Shown: positions 61,810 to 64,000 of the stretch, in pieces
Position numbering within the stretch: position 1 is the stretch's first letter
Layout of the letters: every line of letters starts with the position of its first letter
Assembly: GCA_030390025.1 (NCBI GenBank)
Contig: CM059432.1
Location: forward strand, 103,294,001-103,358,000
Reading direction: 5' to 3'
Length of the DNA stretch: 64,000 bases
DNA from: Squalus acanthias
Lineage: Eukaryota
Made by a program: the position numbers and the translations under genes
The notes under the pieces: generated by a model
Told to the model about the DNA's origin: nothing
What the model saw: only the letters and a program-made list of their open reading frames with translations
Databases searched by the model: none

Positions 61810-63126
61810 AGTCTCTTTGCAAGCAAAGTAATGAATGACAGCAACTAAAGTACTAGCGAAGTTAGGATCAATAGGCAAAACTACCTCACAAAGCGTTGAG
61901 TCAATGCAGAAGTCTCTCTTTCTCTCTCTCCGAATCTCTCTCTCTCTCTCAGAACGAGTGGTGCAAAAATGTCAACCACAGAAAAAGACAGGAAGAGGCC
62001 CCCTTTAAATAGCGCCCCCCCAGCCCCACAGCGATTGATAGCGTTCCAGTCTTCCAGTCGTTGGATGCGCCAGGCGGTAAGGCAGGGGGCGCCACTCAAT
62101 TTCCGCTCCGGGGCGCCACAAGTGCGTTGCACCATGGAATGACGTCACAATCTGCGCGCGCAGGTGGTCGCAGCGGTAAAGTTTAGCGCCGCCGCACAAT
62201 CTCTAGTTAAGTTCCCGAGCGGCGCAAACATCGCTGCGCCCGGGCGTTGGCGGCTTTGCGCCCCATTAGCGCCCTCTTAAGGCGCTAACGGGAGGCGCAA
62301 CCAACTGAATTTTTACCCCAGAATGCCTTAGCCCCAACCTACACTTACTGCAAAACTTCGCCATTTCCCCACCACCCGTTGTGCCCTGCATGAGTGAGAT
62401 TGCAAATTACTGCTGAATTATGCTGTGAAGGCAATCCTTACTAAAAGAACAGTTGAGATTGGATTACCCAATTCTCAGGGCTTACATTTGCCCCTGTGCA
62501 ATGCTGATGAGGACAACTAACACGCCATCAAACAATAGTCTCTCTCCAAAAATCAATCTGCCTAAAAAAGCTTAAAAGGAGGGAGAGCATTTGGGGACAA
62601 AAGACTAAGGGCGAGTCTTTTTATTATTAGGGTGGTTTCGGGTTGGATAAGTTTGGGAAATGGGACGATGAGGCATTATGCGTGATGTGTGATTTTCCAC
62701 GTGAAGTCAGTGGCTTGAAGTTTCATCCATGAACTGAGGGCTCCATGCCCTGCTGTGGTGCCCCCAGACATGTTTCTTTATGCCACATTAAAGTTCCTTC
62801 CTCATGACTTCCCAAATGGTGGCCCGCTCCTTCAAGCTGTTGCAGCCATTTAAATGCTGCAGCACTGCCCAAATTCGCACTTCCCCAATCCAGAGAGGTA
62901 AGGTCCCAGTAGAGAACACATTATAGTACTAAGAGCCCACAAAATTCAGTGGGTTCAGAGTGGGGACATGCCAGCGGGCAGAAGTCCCACCCTGACACAC
63001 CTCCAGTTAAAGCCCTGCCATATTGGAAAAATAATCTTCTAGATGTACTGATGAATCAATGCTCAATCTAGACAGTGATTTTTGAAAAACACAAGAAACA
63101 AAAAAACAAAATGTATCACCTTTAAC

Positions 63127-64000
63127 AACAATAAAAACAACAACTTGCATTTATATAGCACCTTTAACATAGTAAAATGTCCTAAGGTGCTTCACAGGGA
63201 CGTTATAAAACAAAATTTGACACCGAGCCACATAAGGAGATATTCGGGCAGATGGCCAAAAGCTTGGTCAAAGAGGTAGGTTTTAAGAAGCATCTTAAAG
63301 GAGGAAAGAGAGGTAGAGAGGCAGAGAGGTTTATGGAGGAAATTTCAGAGCTTAGGGCCTTAGCAGCTGAAGGCAAGGCCAACAATAGTGGATGCTCAAG
63401 AGGCCGGAATTGGAGGAGCGGAGATATATCGGAGGAATGTAGGGCTGGTGGAGGTTACAGAGATAGGGAGGGACGAGGCCATGGAGGGATTTGAAAACAA
63501 TGATGAGAATTTTAAAATCAAGGCATTGCTCAACCGGGAGCCAATGTAGGTCAGCAAGCAAAGGGGTGATGGGTGAATGGGATGTAGTGCGAGTTAGGAG
63601 ACAGGCAGCCGAGTTTTGGATGAGTTTAAGTTTATGGAGGGTGGAAGATGGAAGGCTGGCCAGGAGTGCGTTGGAAGAGTAAAGTCTAGAAGTAACAAAG
63701 GCATGGATGAGGGTTTCAGCAGCAGATGAGCTGATGCAGGGGTGGAGTTGGGCGATGTTACGGAGGTGGAAGTAGGCGGTCTTTGGCATGGCGCGGATAC
63801 ATGGTTGGAAGCTCATCTCGGGGTCAAATACGACACCAAGGTTGAGAACGGTCTGGTTCAGCCTCAGACCATGGCCAGGGAGAGGGATGGAGCCGATAGC
63901 TAGGGAACAGAGTTTGTGGCGGGGACCGAAGACAATGGCTTTGGCCTTCTCAATATTTAGTTGGAGGAAATTTCTGCTCATCCAGTACTGGATGTCAGAC
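63127..64000 (-). mobile_element. L2 LINE 3' portion
   Basis: WMSRNFLQLN, NLGVVFDPEMSF, ETLIHAFVTSRL, LIQNSAA and LHWLPV; tail GCTATATAAATGCAAGTTGTTG. Confidence 0.9.

Larger units (their letters stand above)
58103..62319. mobile_element. Full-length PIF/Harbinger transposon, nearly intact
   Basis: TIRs GGGGGAAAAATT / AATTTTTACCCC; TSD AGA; convergent Myb (+) and transposase (-) genes; TTAGCGCC subterminal arrays. Confidence 0.95.

Overview
Repeat-dominated vertebrate DNA, most likely from a cartilaginous fish (inferred from the shark-type CR1 3' ends and the tRNA/Deu-domain SINEs). I found no convincing host protein-coding gene, so the window is probably intergenic or intronic. It contains: (1) a young Penelope-like retroelement (Neptune-type RT + GIY-YIG ORF, 3992-6690) with a ~478-bp inverted pLTR, minimal hammerhead ribozymes, a 3' tail and a 14-bp TSD, plus two ~205-bp hairpin-shaped, hammerhead-bearing non-autonomous derivatives (7060-7266, 20847-21052); (2) a cluster of PIF/Harbinger DNA transposons: two full-length elements with convergent transposase and three-exon Myb/SANT genes (45821-50146, 58103-62319), an internally deleted copy, truncated remnants and several MITEs with 3-bp TSDs; (3) seven solo LTRs of four families with 4-bp TSDs, three of them nested inside each other within a minisatellite (12728-17158); (4) CR1 and L2 LINE fragments and tRNA-headed SINEs sharing the L2 tail. 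The most interesting observations are the palindromic hammerhead mini-retroelements, the CRE-like motif at a near-fixed distance from Harbinger ends, family-specific subterminal motifs, and heptad-unit expansions and an AT-hook-like tail in the Myb partner proteins.
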